In this document: piece by piece, positions 7,279-16,756 of the stretch
Layout: each line of letters begins with the position of its first letter
Position numbering within the stretch: the stretch's first letter is position 1
DNA from: Okeania sp.
GTDB lineage: Bacteria; Cyanobacteriota; Cyanobacteriia; Cyanobacteriales; Microcoleaceae
Direction: 5' to 3'
Length of the DNA stretch: 23,035 nt
NCBI RefSeq assembly: GCF_035285525.1
Contig: NZ_JAYKGW010000142.1
Span: 1-23,035 of the forward strand
Notes under the pieces: generated by a model
Told to the model about the DNA's origin: nothing
Database searches by the model: none
The model's input: the letters and a program-made list of their open reading frames with translations, nothing else
Made by a program: the position numbers and the translations under genes

Positions 7279-9084
7279 ATGCGACTCTCTCAAATGTTAT
7301 TAGCCACCCTACGAGATGACCCTGCTGAAGCAGAAATACCTAGCCATAAACTCCTCATCCGTGCTGGATATATCCGTCGTATTGGTAGTGGTATCTACGC
7401 ATATCTTCCTTTAATGTGGCGAGTTCTTAATAAAGTCTCCAAAATTGTCCGTGAAGAAATGGATGCTACTGGTGCCCAAGAATGTTTGCTCCCCCAGCTC
7501 CAACCTGCTGAACTGTGGAAAGAGTCTGGACGTTGGGATACTTATACCCAAGCTGAGGGTATCATGTTTTCTCTCGTTGACCGTCAAAATCGAGAATTAG
7601 GATTAGGTCCAACTCACGAAGAGGTTATAACTACTGTTGCTAAAGATATGATTCGTTCTTATCGGCAATTACCTGTACATCTCTATCAACTTCAAAGTAA
7701 ATTCCGGGATGAAATTCGCCCTCGTTTTGGTTTAATGCGGGGTCGGGAATTTATTATGAAGGATGGTTATTCGTTTCATGCTAATGAGGAATGTCTGAAA
7801 AAGACTTATCAGGATATGGATCGAGCTTACCGAAATATGTTAAGTCGTAGTGGGTTACAATTTCGGGCGGTTGATGCTGACTCTGGGGCTATTGGTGGTT
7901 CTGGTTCCCAAGAATTTATGGTTTTGGCCGATGCTGGTGAGGATGAAATTCTTTATACCGAAGATGGTAAATATGCTGCTAATGTGGAAAAGGCTATTTC
8001 ATTGCCTGTTGATGTAGAAGCTTCACCTTTTGATACTTATCAGAAATTAGAGACTCCTGATACGGCAACTATTGAAAAAATGTGTAAGTTTCTCAAATGT
8101 TCTGCAACTAATGTAGTTAAAAATGTTTTGTATCAAGCAGTTTATGATAATGGGATGACTGTTTTGGTATTGATAAATATTCGGGGAGACCAAGATGTTA
8201 ATGATGTGAAGTTGGTGAATGAGTTGACTAAGTTGGCTGGAAGTTATGAGGCAAATACTGTTTTGGCTTTAACTGTACCAGATGTGGAAGCTCAAGAGAA
8301 ATGGGCAGCTAAGTCTTTACCTTTGGGTTATATTGCTCCAGATTTGTCTGATGATTATATTGGTTCTAGTCAAGATGTTAGTCCCAAGTTCCTACGAATA
8401 GTCGATAAAACAGCAGTAGACTTGACAAATTTCGCGACTGGTAGTAATGAATATGGCTATCATATTGTGGGGGCAAATTGGGGACAGGAATATACTTTGC
8501 CAGAGTTGGTGGTAGATGTACGAACAGCTAAAAAAGGCGATCGCGCAATACATGACCCTAATCAAATTCTGGAAACTGCTAGAGGTATTGAGGTGGGTCA
8601 TATATTCCAGTTAGGGACAAAATACTCTAAAGCTATGGGGGCAACCTATACTAATGAGCAAGGTGAGGAAGTTCCATTAGTGATGGGATGTTACGGTGTA
8701 GGAGTTTCTCGTTTAGCTCAAGCAGCAGTAGAACAATCTTATGATAAAGATGGGATAATTTGGCCTGTAGCGATCGCTCCCTATCATGTAATTATCTGTA
8801 TTCCTAACATTAAAGATGCTAAACAAAAAGAAGTCGCAGAAAATCTCTATCAAGAATTAAATGCGGCGGGAATAGAGACTATTATAGATGACCGAGATGA
8901 GCGAGCAGGTCTTAAATTTAAAGATGCAGATTTAATTGGTATCCCCTATCGAATAGTTACTGGGCGATCGCTAAAATCTGGCAAAGTTGAACTTGTAGAA
9001 AGAGCAACTCATCAATCTCAAGAAATTTTGGTAGAGGAAGTATTATCTACTTTAAAAGATTTAATTGAGAAAGCTTTAACATAA
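7279..9084 (+). CDS. proS: Proline--tRNA ligase (bacterial type with editing INS domain)
   Basis: 601-aa ORF with a strong SD. The class II motifs include [25 protein letters not shown] and [10 protein letters not shown], the opening is [26 protein letters not shown], and an anticodon-binding C-terminus is present. Confidence 0.97.
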   Translation: MRLSQMLLATLRDDPAEAEIPSHKLLIRAGYIRRIGSGIYAYLPLMWRVLNKVSKIVREEMDATGAQECLLPQLQPAELWKESGRWDTYTQAEGIMFSLVDRQNRELGLGPTHEEVITTVAKDMIRSYRQLPVHLYQLQSKFRDEIRPRFGLMRGREFIMKDGYSFHANEECLKKTYQDMDRAYRNMLSRSGLQFRAVDADSGAIGGSGSQEFMVLADAGEDEILYTEDGKYAANVEKAISLPVDVEASPFDTYQKLETPDTATIEKMCKFLKCSATNVVKNVLYQAVYDNGMTVLVLINIRGDQDVNDVKLVNELTKLAGSYEANTVLALTVPDVEAQEKWAAKSLPLGYIAPDLSDDYIGSSQDVSPKFLRIVDKTAVDLTNFATGSNEYGYHIVGANWGQEYTLPELVVDVRTAKKGDRAIHDPNQILETARGIEVGHIFQLGTKYSKAMGATYTNEQGEEVPLVMGCYGVGVSRLAQAAVEQSYDKDGIIWPVAIAPYHVIICIPNIKDAKQKEVAENLYQELNAAGIETIIDDRDERAGLKFKDADLIGIPYRIVTGRSLKSGKVELVERATHQSQEILVEEVLSTLKDLIEKALT

Positions 9085-9127
9085 TTTTTTCTGTCTGGAA
9101 AAATGCAACTTTGATTTTTATCTGGTT

Positions 9128-9179
9128 AACCATTGCTGTTTTTTTTGACTAATAAATTTCAGCAATGGTTTTCATTTTT
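9128..9179 (+). terminator. Possible intrinsic terminator after proS
   Basis: An 11-bp stem (aaccattgctg / cagcaatggtt) is followed by ttcattttt. The 21-nt loop is large, so this is only moderately convincing. Confidence 0.4.
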
Positions 9180-9315
9180 AACAGAAAAATTTATTGCTTT
9201 TAGGAAATAGGAAAAAAGTATTTTTGCAAATATGAGATGCACCCAAAAATTAAGGTATAAATTCTCTCTATTCATGGATAAAATCCACTATAACCAACCA
9301 AGAAAAGAAAAAAAA

Positions 9316-10460
9316 TTATGTTTTTCTACCTATTAGCAAAGTTAACTTTTTTATAGCATCAGGTATCTCATTTGCATCCTCAATAAGATGACAGAAAGGA
9401 ATTTCCGATGTCCAAGTATTATAAAAAGCAGGTATTTTATAATAAGAACCAGGTAACAAACCATGAGGAATATTCAAAATTAAACATAAAATATGCACAT
9501 GAAGACGATTAGTAATAACCAAATTATAGCCTTGGAGTTGATAAATACCACTGTGCATATATCCCCAAGATTTGCGATGTAACTCAGGACGATGCACTTG
9601 ATTAAACATAAATGAATCAGGATGTAACCATTGCCATCCTTGACGAGAAGCCCATTCTTGGGGAGTTTTCAACCCTCTTTGCCAACCTTCTCTAATCAGA
9701 CGGACAAGACCTGGAATATAAATCCAATCTTTGGGAAGTTTACTCATCCAATTAAAAGATATCCAATCATCTACATCTAAATTCTCAACCAGAATATTTT
9801 TTGATTTAAACTTCTGGTTCATCTCTACATCCTTTCTAGACAAATAAAGTGTCCGATTTGAACGATCAGGATTAAGATTTATATTAGGTAAATCAACCAT
9901 TTGAAAAGCCATATCGGGAGCTTTATAAACTTTACATTTGAAAAAAGCTTCCTGGGCAATAGCAAAACTCCTATCATCTCTGACAAAAATGGTTAAATCA
10001 GGATGATCATTCAGCACTTTAGCTGATTGTGCTAAAGCTTCTTCACTAGAATAGTAAATTGTTTGAGGCAGAATAACAATCGATCTATCTCTATATTGTT
10101 TGATAATTTTTTCCCGAAATTTTTGCAGAGCTGGCCAAATATCACCAAAATTTCCACCACCATTTAATAAAATTGGTCCTCCTTTAGAGCGATTTAAAAA
10201 ATCACTTTCAGAGAAGCCATTACCAACACTAGAAACATAATCAATATTAGCCTGGCGATGTTTGAGAATATATAAAATACTACCTAACCAAACAAATTAG
10301 ATGATCTCCAATATTAGGATCAGAAGGATAGTCAAGTAATGTACAATTATCAAAGTCTGGAATATTATTAAGTGCTTTGTGTAGATAATTTTTGATATCT
10401 TGGGTAGTTTGCGGTTGTAGATTATTCAGATTACTTATTATTTTAGATAGGGATCGGCAT
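9316..10460 (-). pseudogene. Polysaccharide pyruvyl transferase, frameshifted
   Basis: The frame from about 10296 down to 9316 is open and reads FVWLGSILYILKH...GGGNFGDIWPAL...SIVILPQTIYY...ITNRLHVHILCLILNIPH (PS_pyruv_trans-like). The N-terminal part, ...LLDYPSDPNIGDHLI, is in another frame and stops at CLVR-TAG, with a 1-nt indel in a T-run near 10291-10297. No intact start codon is in frame. The candidate ATG at 10458-10460 hits a stop after 5 codons. Confidence 0.7.
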
Positions 10461-11194
10461 CAGCACAATTACCTGTGCGTTCTTGTCCATTCTCACTTTG
10501 GGTAAAATGAAAAAAACTGCAATTTTCTTTAATTGTCATCACGCTAAAAAGTCCTGATGAAGACCACCAACAACGGTCTCGGACACATTCAATACCCTGC
10601 TCATTAATAAGAAAATTTTTGAGTCTAGCTAAAACTTCTCCATTAAAAAGCCCATAAAAAAACTGTCACAATGAAATTGAGGATAAATATCAGCCACGGA
10701 ACAGTTTAATTTTTCTGCTAACTTTTCTGGTATTACCTCTGTTTTATCTCCCCGTTTAGCATGTTCCCAGTCATTAAATACCAGATCAGTCTGATCGAGG
10801 GGTTCAAATACATCATCAATAGGTTTCATTGCCAAGCTATCAGCATCAAAAAAAACAAAACGTTCAAAGTCTCCTTCAAACGCTGCAAACTTACGATGAA
10901 CAAAACCCTTGTACCAACCTGGCCTCGTATACTTAGGGTCTTTAGCTCTTGGATGTGCCTCCCAAACATCATTAATAAAATCATCCCACTGTTGAATTAC
11001 TGATAAGTTACTGAATAAGGTAACATGGGGACGAGACTGAATCTCAGATTTAACTTTACTCAGTTGATCATTTATAGATAGGGAATTACGCAGATAGGTA
11101 TATGAGTACCAATATTTTTTTCTATACTATTTAACAAGGCCACAAATTAATCGTAAACAGTATCATTAGCAAGGGTATAAATACCAAAGGACAT
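10438..11194 (-). pseudogene. Nucleotide-sugar transferase-like gene (DxD motif FFDADS), multiply disrupted
   Basis: The reconstructed reading is MSFGIYTLANDTVYD-TAA(11147-11149, in frame)-FVALLNSIEKNIGTHIPICVIPYL-TAA/frameshift (about 11072-11077)-INDQLSKVK...GWYKGFVHRKFAAFEGDFERFVFFDADSLAMKPIDDVFEPL...DSFFMGF-frameshift in a T5 run (about 10643-10650)-NGEVLARLKNFLINEQGIECVRDRCWWSS...CADADPYLK-TAA. The track ORF 10629..10835 is one fragment of it. Confidence 0.6.
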
Positions 11195-11366
11195 AGTTGA
11201 TAATTTTCCGGTTTTTGAGAAACAATACCATACTTTGGTTTGAGGATAAAATTTTGATTTATAATAAATATTGACTCTATTTATAAATCAATTAGAAGTA
11301 ACATAGTTAACCTAAGAGAAAGTTAAAACTCAGCTCCTCACCACCATTAACCCCTAATTCTCAAGG

Positions 11367-12077
11367 ATGGTCAAAATGAAAGAACAAAATCAAACTAATA
11401 AATTATCTGTTGGTATAGTGGCCAGTGTCTGTGCATTGGCAGTGGTGGTAGGTGGTGGTATCGCCGTATGGACTAACTTACGTTCGTCTACCACAAACAC
11501 TTCTAACAATTCTCTAACTCCTACAACCCCTTCCACTCAAAAGTCACCCGATGAGACTCTACCTAGTCTAACTCCTGTGACACCTGAATCTCCAAATTCC
11601 GAAAAACTTCCTTTACCTGGCCAACAAGAGCCTAAAGCAGTTACAGAAAAGACTGTGGAACTATACTGGGTTAACGATAGTAGTGGAGAGATTAGTTTAG
11701 TTTCCTCTGGAGTAAATATAACAGCAGTAGATGAACCAGAAGCTATTTTAACGGCTGCTTTTGAACGTTTATTATCTGGACCAGAAAGTGCAGATTTTGT
11801 GAGTGCCATACCTGAAGGAACCAAAGTTCAGGCATTAACTGTAGAAGATAATGGAGTTTACATTGATTTATCCAAAGAGTTTACTTCTGGAGGTGGCAGT
11901 GCTTCCATGATGGGGCGTTTAGGACAAATCATCTATACTGCCTCTAGTTTAGACCAAAATGCAAATGTTTGGATTTTTGTCGGGGGCACACCTTTGGAAA
12001 TTTTAGGTGGTGACGGATTAGAAGTATCTCAACCTATAACTAGGCAAATTTTTCAACAAGATTTTCCCTTAAATTAA
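11367..12077 (+). CDS. GerMN domain-containing protein (membrane-anchored)
   Basis: It has an N-terminal TM helix (VGIVASVCALAVVVGGGIAVW) and a Pro/Ser/Thr-rich linker. The C-terminal GerMN-like domain reads VELYWVN...GVYIDLSKEFTSGGGSASMMGRLGQIIYTA...LEILGGDGLEVSQP. Confidence 0.8.
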   Translation: MVKMKEQNQTNKLSVGIVASVCALAVVVGGGIAVWTNLRSSTTNTSNNSLTPTTPSTQKSPDETLPSLTPVTPESPNSEKLPLPGQQEPKAVTEKTVELYWVNDSSGEISLVSSGVNITAVDEPEAILTAAFERLLSGPESADFVSAIPEGTKVQALTVEDNGVYIDLSKEFTSGGGSASMMGRLGQIIYTASSLDQNANVWIFVGGTPLEILGGDGLEVSQPITRQIFQQDFPLN

Positions 12078-12308
12078 GTAAGTAGGGAGTAGGAAAGAAA
12101 GAGAAAGTTCCATCATACTAAAGTCTACTGTTCATCAACCGCTTAACTAAACTTACTCAAAAACCTGAAAGCCTAGTTAGGGCTTGCTTATGGAAATATC
12201 AAAGTCTTGATAGATAAAGTACTCTTTTTAGGTACTAATAAAGTACCAGCTTTTAGGTGGTAATGGTACGGTACAGTTCCCAATAAATCGGTGAAAAATC
12301 ATGCATTC

Positions 12309-12595
12309 TAGGGTGTGTCATCAATTAGATGTTAGAAGCTTGATCAACAAAAGTAGTGGACTGACAAAGCTCAAACTGTTCATTACATCATTGGGGGGCG
12401 GGTTTGTCTAACTAGACTTTTGACAATCGTTCATTGTACCGACTATGCAACGTCCCTACGGAGAAACCCGCCCCTACCTAGCGCACAATTTCAGGTATGC
12501 GATCGCTATATTTGAACCTACCCAACCGTGATCGGCATTTTTACTTAACAGAGAATAGCTTTTTTGTCAACTTATTTAATTGATGATATGCCCTA
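12309..12595. mobile_element. 287-bp MITE-like element with 22-nt terminal inverted repeats
   Basis: The left end is tagggtgtgtcatcaattagat (12309-12330). The right end is atttaattgatgatatgcccta (12574-12595). They match at 18 of 22 positions. The element carries a nested GGGGCGGGTTT hairpin repeat and a HIP1 site (12500-12507). No ORF of useful length is present. Confidence 0.6.
12393..12478. repeat. GGGGCGGGTTT ... AAACCCGCCCCTACC palindromic dispersed repeat, copy 2, nested in the MITE-like element
   Basis: The arms are at 12395-12405 and 12464-12478. It is homologous to 23-80. Confidence 0.7.
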
Positions 12596-12754
12596 AGATT
12601 TTGAGCAAGAAAAGGTTAAAAAGTGAAGGGAAGATTCTTCTATAATTCCCATTCCTCCTGGATTCTGGATTCTGACTCCTCCCTGGGACTAAAAGACTTT
12701 TAGGGTTCCCGATCAATCAACAAACCCTAGTTATTCCTAGTGAATCGACCACTA

Positions 12755-12789
12755 CAGGGTTAAACGACAAACCCTGTTTCTTTTTTCTT
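12755..12789 (+). terminator. Plus-strand rho-independent terminator with no annotated upstream gene within about 680 nt
   Basis: A 7-bp GC-rich stem, cagggtt(12755-12761)/aaccctg(12770-12776), has an 8-nt loop and is followed by tttcttttttctt. On the minus strand the hairpin has no U-tract, so the orientation is plus. Confidence 0.55.
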
Positions 12790-12794
12790 GCTAT

Positions 12795-13160
12795 TTATTC
12801 AGAATCTCTATTGACACTATCCGGGGCAAAAGCAGGCAAACAAATAGCGATATATTCTGCTCCTTCTGCACCAGGTGTACTATATTTTACCCATTCTCCT
12901 TTATGAGCTATTATTGCTTGGCCAGCATTAACTTCTAATTGTCCATCTTCATATTCAACACATAAAGTACCTTTAAGTACCAGAGTAAATTCATCAAATT
13001 CTGGCCTTTGACCTGGTTCCATCCAACCACTAGGAGAAAGCATTTGAGCAACACTAATAGCATTAGTTTGAGTATTTACAAGACCAATATACTCATCAAT
13101 TTGCTTAGGTTTATTACCAGTAGATTCAATCCGAGTAGGCTGTTCAATTAATTGTGGCAT
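12795..13160 (-). CDS. Cupin domain-containing protein
   Basis: 121-aa ORF with beta-barrel-type strings (FTLVLKGTLCVEYEDGQLEVNAGQAIIAHKGEWVKYSTP). Its start lies 11 nt after the accB stop, so it is probably co-transcribed. Confidence 0.7.
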   Translation of the reverse strand: MPQLIEQPTRIESTGNKPKQIDEYIGLVNTQTNAISVAQMLSPSGWMEPGQRPEFDEFTLVLKGTLCVEYEDGQLEVNAGQAIIAHKGEWVKYSTPGAEGAEYIAICLPAFAPDSVNRDSE

Positions 13161-13171
13161 GATGATTAACT

Positions 13172-13675
13172 TTAGTTGGGACTAACTAACATTAAAGGCT
13201 GATTGTATTCTACAGGTTCTCCATTTTTAATTAAAATTTCCACTATTTGTCCAGAGACCTCTGCTTCAATCTCATTCATTACTTTCATCGCTTCAATAAT
13301 ACAAACAACTTGGCCAGAAGTGATTCGATCACCCACTTCTACAAAAGCTGGTTCATCAGGAGCAGGAGCGCGGTAAAAAGTACCAACAACTGGGGACAAA
13401 ATTTCTTCAAATTTATTTGCATTTGTAGGTGGAGCTCCTGAAGTAACTTCAGTGGTTTTTGGTGTAGTAGTTGTTTCGGGTGGGACTAAAATAGGAGAAA
13501 CTAATTCAGAAATAGCATAGCTCTGATCAGGAGAAGATAATGTGGGGCGATCGCTAAGTGAAGTTCCTTTGCGGACCACTAATTCTATATCTCCACTTTT
13601 TAAAGTGAACTCTGAAATATTAGTTTGGTCTATTGCTGTTAGTAGTTCCTGAAGTTGATGTAAATCTAATTGCAC
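13172..13675 (-). CDS. accB: Acetyl-CoA carboxylase biotin carboxyl carrier protein
   Basis: It has the biotinyl-lysine motif [15 protein letters not shown], a Pro/Thr-rich linker and a lipoyl-like C-terminal domain. The start codon at 13673-13675 is GTG. Confidence 0.93.
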   Translation of the reverse strand: MQLDLHQLQELLTAIDQTNISEFTLKSGDIELVVRKGTSLSDRPTLSSPDQSYAISELVSPILVPPETTTTPKTTEVTSGAPPTNANKFEEILSPVVGTFYRAPAPDEPAFVEVGDRITSGQVVCIIEAMKVMNEIEAEVSGQIVEILIKNGEPVEYNQPLMLVSPN

Positions 13676-13967
13676 AGTTGGTATATCCCCAGTTAATTGT
13701 TGTTAAAGTAAATTTGTTTTGAATAAAAATATCAAGTTTATTAATGTTTAAGTATATGAGAAAGTGATAAAAAAGTTTCACTTAACATAAATAAATTAGG
13801 ATTTTCAGCAAACCAAGGATAAAAAAATCAAGGAACAATTATTCCTTCTACTTTCTGTTTCTTCCCCTCCTGGGATGGGTTAGAGGTGGATTTCATCCTC
13901 CCCAAACTTCCCATCCTCCCCAAAATCTACTTTTTTCAACAAACCCTACTTAATAATTGTTCTACAG

Positions 13968-14531
13968 TTAGTCTTTCTCTCTACCCAAGTAAGAGTCATT
14001 ACGAGTATCTATTTTAATTCGTTCTCCTTTGGATATGAATAAGGGGACCATAATTTGAGCGCCTGTTTCCACAGTAGCAGGTTTACTACCACCAGTAGCA
14101 GTATCTCCTTTAACACCAGGGTCAGTTTCGATTATTTCTAATACTACCGAGTTTGGTAGTTCCACGTCTATTACTTGTTCGCCCCATTTAATAACATTGA
14201 CCTCCATACCCTCATTGAGGTATTTAACTCGTTCTCCAATTTGTTCGGCACTTAGACTGGCCTCTTCATAAGTTTCCATATCCATAAATACAAATTGGTC
14301 AGCATCTTTATAGGTATGCTGCATTACTCTTTTGTCCAAAGTAGCTTGAGGGACTGTTTCTCCAGCTCTAAAAGTTCGTTCCACAACACTACCATTTTGT
14401 GCATTTTTGAGCTTGGTTCTGACAAAAGCAGAACCTTTACCTGGTTTAACGTGCAGAAATTCTACTACTCGCCAAACTGAACCATCTAATTCTATACTTA
14501 CGCCAGGACGAAAATCATTACTAGAAATCAT
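13968..14531 (-). CDS. efp: Elongation factor P
   Basis: The 187-aa ORF opens [43 protein letters not shown] and includes [17 protein letters not shown]. The efp-accB gene order is the usual cyanobacterial arrangement. Confidence 0.97.
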   Translation of the reverse strand: MISSNDFRPGVSIELDGSVWRVVEFLHVKPGKGSAFVRTKLKNAQNGSVVERTFRAGETVPQATLDKRVMQHTYKDADQFVFMDMETYEEASLSAEQIGERVKYLNEGMEVNVIKWGEQVIDVELPNSVVLEIIETDPGVKGDTATGGSKPATVETGAQIMVPLFISKGERIKIDTRNDSYLGREKD

Positions 14532-14551
14532 ATAACACCTTCATTAATTAA

Positions 14552-14575
14552 TAATGGATAAAGAATAATGGATAA
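14552..14575 (-). repeat. Two TTATCCATTA boxes spaced 14 nt apart in the efp 5' leader
   Basis: The minus strand reads gTTATCCATTAttctTTATCCATTAttaattaatgaaggtgttatATG. The boxes are at 14566-14575 and 14552-14561 and end 20 nt before the efp ATG. Related single copies lie at 14705-14721 (+) and 20609-20620 (-). Confidence 0.85.
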
Positions 14576-15054
14576 CTACCTTTGTTTCAAAACATAACAG
14601 CATTGAAAATAAGGAAATCTTACTTAATTGATAATGCCTAGTGGATAATGAATACTATGTCTAATTATCAATTGTCAACAAGAAGTTGTAAACCTTTGGG
14701 GTTAATTATCAATTATCCATTGGTAATTTTTAATTATTTCAATTAGAACTTAACATTAGACATCCTACAATACTCTCTATAAATAAATATCTGAAGAAGT
14801 TTTTGATTGAGGAGCAAATATTTGTTGGTATAGCGCTGCACTCAGGGAACAGGTATGGAGGGAACACTTAACTGGGAGAATAAATTGCCTATAATATAAA
14901 GCTTTGAGCTGCTTGGACACCTCCTGCAATTTGTAAATATTAAGTGCGCACATTGCTATATCAAAAACTTATGACTTCTTAATTTTGACTTTTGACTTAA
15001 CTAAGACTGTGGACAGCAATGTAATATTAGTTAAGGAAATAAAAATTTAGAAAT

Positions 15055-16191
15055 ATGTTCAATCTGCAAAATTTTGTAATTAAAATTTGTAAACGCCTGC
15101 TAAAAACTGGAGTCCTAGCACTCTTACTGTTCAGTTTGTCTATTGGAGTTAGTGGTGCTTGGTGGAACTTTGGTGGTGATACAACTCGTGAAAGTCGTTT
15201 GCCCCAAGGGGATCCTATTACTGATGGTAGGGCTTTGTTAAGGTATGCTCTACCAATAGAAAATGAATCTGTGCGTAAAATACAAAGTAGTCTAGAGGAT
15301 ATTTCTAATAGACTTCGGGGTAAACGTTGGACTTCTATTGTTAGTGATATTGGGGCTGCATCGAGAGTTATCAGTATTAGTAAGTCTAAATTATTAGCTA
15401 GTGTGCCTGAATCAAAACAATCTGAAGCAGAGGCCATAATTGCTAAACTGGATAAAGGCATTATTAATATTAGAGAAGTTGCCGAAGCTAAAGATGGGGA
15501 ACAGGTATTGGAGCAACGGGCAGAACTATTAGCATTAGTAGGTGAGCTTGAACAGTTGATGGTAGAAGGTTTTCCCTTTGAAGTCCCCTCAGAGTTCTCT
15601 CATTTACCACAACTAAAAGGTCGGGCTACGATTGAGATGGAAACGGAACAAGGTTTTTTGACTTTAGTTGTTGATGGTTATAGTGCCCCTGTGACAGCAG
15701 GTAATTTTGTAGATTTGGTTCAGAGGGGTTTTTATGATGGCCTAGAGTTTACTCGCTCAGAAGAGTCTTATGTTTTGCAAGCGGGAGACCCTCCTGGCCC
15801 AGAAGTTGGTTTTATTGACCCGGATAGTGGTGAATACCGTAATATTCCATTAGAAATTTTGGTTAAGGGGGATGAGGAACCAATATATAGTTTTACTTTA
15901 GAAGAAATTGGTCGTTTTCGGGAACAACCTGTTCTACCTTTTTCTGCTTATGGTACAGTGGCTATGGCTCGACCTGAAGCTGTAAATGATGGTGGTTCTT
16001 CTCAATTTTTCTTTTTCCTATTCCAATCAGAACTAACCCCTGCTGGAGTAAATTTATTGGATGGTCGTTATACTGTGTTTGGTTATGTGGTCGAAGGGAA
16101 AAAGGTTTTGGAAAAATTAAGAAAAGGAGACAAAATTATTTCTGCTAAGGTAGTAGCTGGATTAGAAAATTTAGTGGAACCTGAAGCTTAA
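15055..16191 (+). CDS. Cyclophilin-type peptidyl-prolyl cis-trans isomerase (thylakoid-lumen TLP40/CYP38-like)
   Basis: It has an N-terminal signal or TM segment and a helical N-domain. The C-terminal cyclophilin domain reads TLVVDGYSAPVTAGNFVDLVQRGFYDGLEF, AMARPEAVNDGGSSQFFF and GRYTVFGYVVEG. Confidence 0.9.
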   Translation: MFNLQNFVIKICKRLLKTGVLALLLFSLSIGVSGAWWNFGGDTTRESRLPQGDPITDGRALLRYALPIENESVRKIQSSLEDISNRLRGKRWTSIVSDIGAASRVISISKSKLLASVPESKQSEAEAIIAKLDKGIINIREVAEAKDGEQVLEQRAELLALVGELEQLMVEGFPFEVPSEFSHLPQLKGRATIEMETEQGFLTLVVDGYSAPVTAGNFVDLVQRGFYDGLEFTRSEESYVLQAGDPPGPEVGFIDPDSGEYRNIPLEILVKGDEEPIYSFTLEEIGRFREQPVLPFSAYGTVAMARPEAVNDGGSSQFFFFLFQSELTPAGVNLLDGRYTVFGYVVEGKKVLEKLRKGDKIISAKVVAGLENLVEPEA

Positions 16192-16267
16192 AGTAGCATT
16201 CAGCATTCAGGATTTGGCTATCAGTAGAAGTAGGTTTTTTCTAGGTTTAGAAGAGAACTTTTACCGA

Positions 16268-16323
16268 ATAATTAATAGTTAATAATTAATGATTAATAAT
16301 TAAAAGTTGATAGTTAATAATTA
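16268..16323. repeat. AT-only heptamer array (ATAATTA / ATAGTTA / ATGATTA), 8 units
   Basis: Period-7 phasing was checked unit by unit. Smaller runs of the same family lie at 16412-16432, 20496-20515 and 20701-20745. Confidence 0.85.
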
Positions 16324-16339
16324 TTCATTCAACAATTCA

Positions 16340-16410
16340 GGTCTGGAAGCCAGACCAAGAATTGGGGATAAATCTTCATGATTAGTCAATCCCCTTCTTT
16401 GAAGAAGGGG
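16340..16410. repeat. Two short GC hairpins downstream of the PPIase gene
   Basis: They are ggtctggaagccagacc (16340-16356) and ccccttctttgaagaagggg (16391-16410). No clear U-tract follows either, so terminator function is uncertain. Confidence 0.4.
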
Positions 16411-16756
16411 TGATTATTAATTATTAATTGTTCATGGCTTTATTGCTGAACCCTTCTAAGCCATCGCGTTTATCAGAAAAAAAGTTAAAAATAATAAAGA
16501 AAATTTCTGTAATTATACTTTAAGTAAGGCGATAATTTTTTCTAGCTTTTATTCCTTATTCATATTTGGATTAAAAAGAAGTTTTCTGATTGATTTTTAC
16601 TTCTTACTTCCTCCTACTTGTTAGAGCGGATTCTACTTTGGTGAGTTACATCCACGGGACCAGGATGCACGGTTCCCGAAAAATCGCACTGGTAAGATTT
16701 AACTATTAATACCTTTACTTCAGATACTTGGAATCTGCTGTATATTTAAGAAAAGG

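Noticed and set aside
9085-9315. A small hydrophobic peptide gene after proS (ttgatttttatctggttaaccattgctgttttttttgactaa, 13 codons)
   Set aside because: It has a TTG start, no SD and only 13 codons. The sequence coincides with the 5' arm and loop of the putative terminator hairpin. It does not resemble a known small photosystem or cytochrome b6f subunit.
10291-10650. All frame breaks in the 9316-11194 region might be sequencing artefacts, making the genes intact
   Set aside because: Two breaks are in T-runs and could be artefacts. However, the in-frame TAA at 11147-11149 is a substitution, the break near 11072-11077 is not in a homopolymer, and the pyruvyl-transferase reading frame has no usable start. 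Pseudogene status is therefore more likely, though read-level confirmation is still needed.
16620-16740. A riboswitch or known structured ncRNA in the long leader of the 16803 ORF
   Set aside because: I could not match the sequence to a glutamine, preQ1, cobalamin, SRP, 6S or tmRNA consensus by eye. I kept it only as a low-interest repeated hairpin motif pending an Infernal scan.
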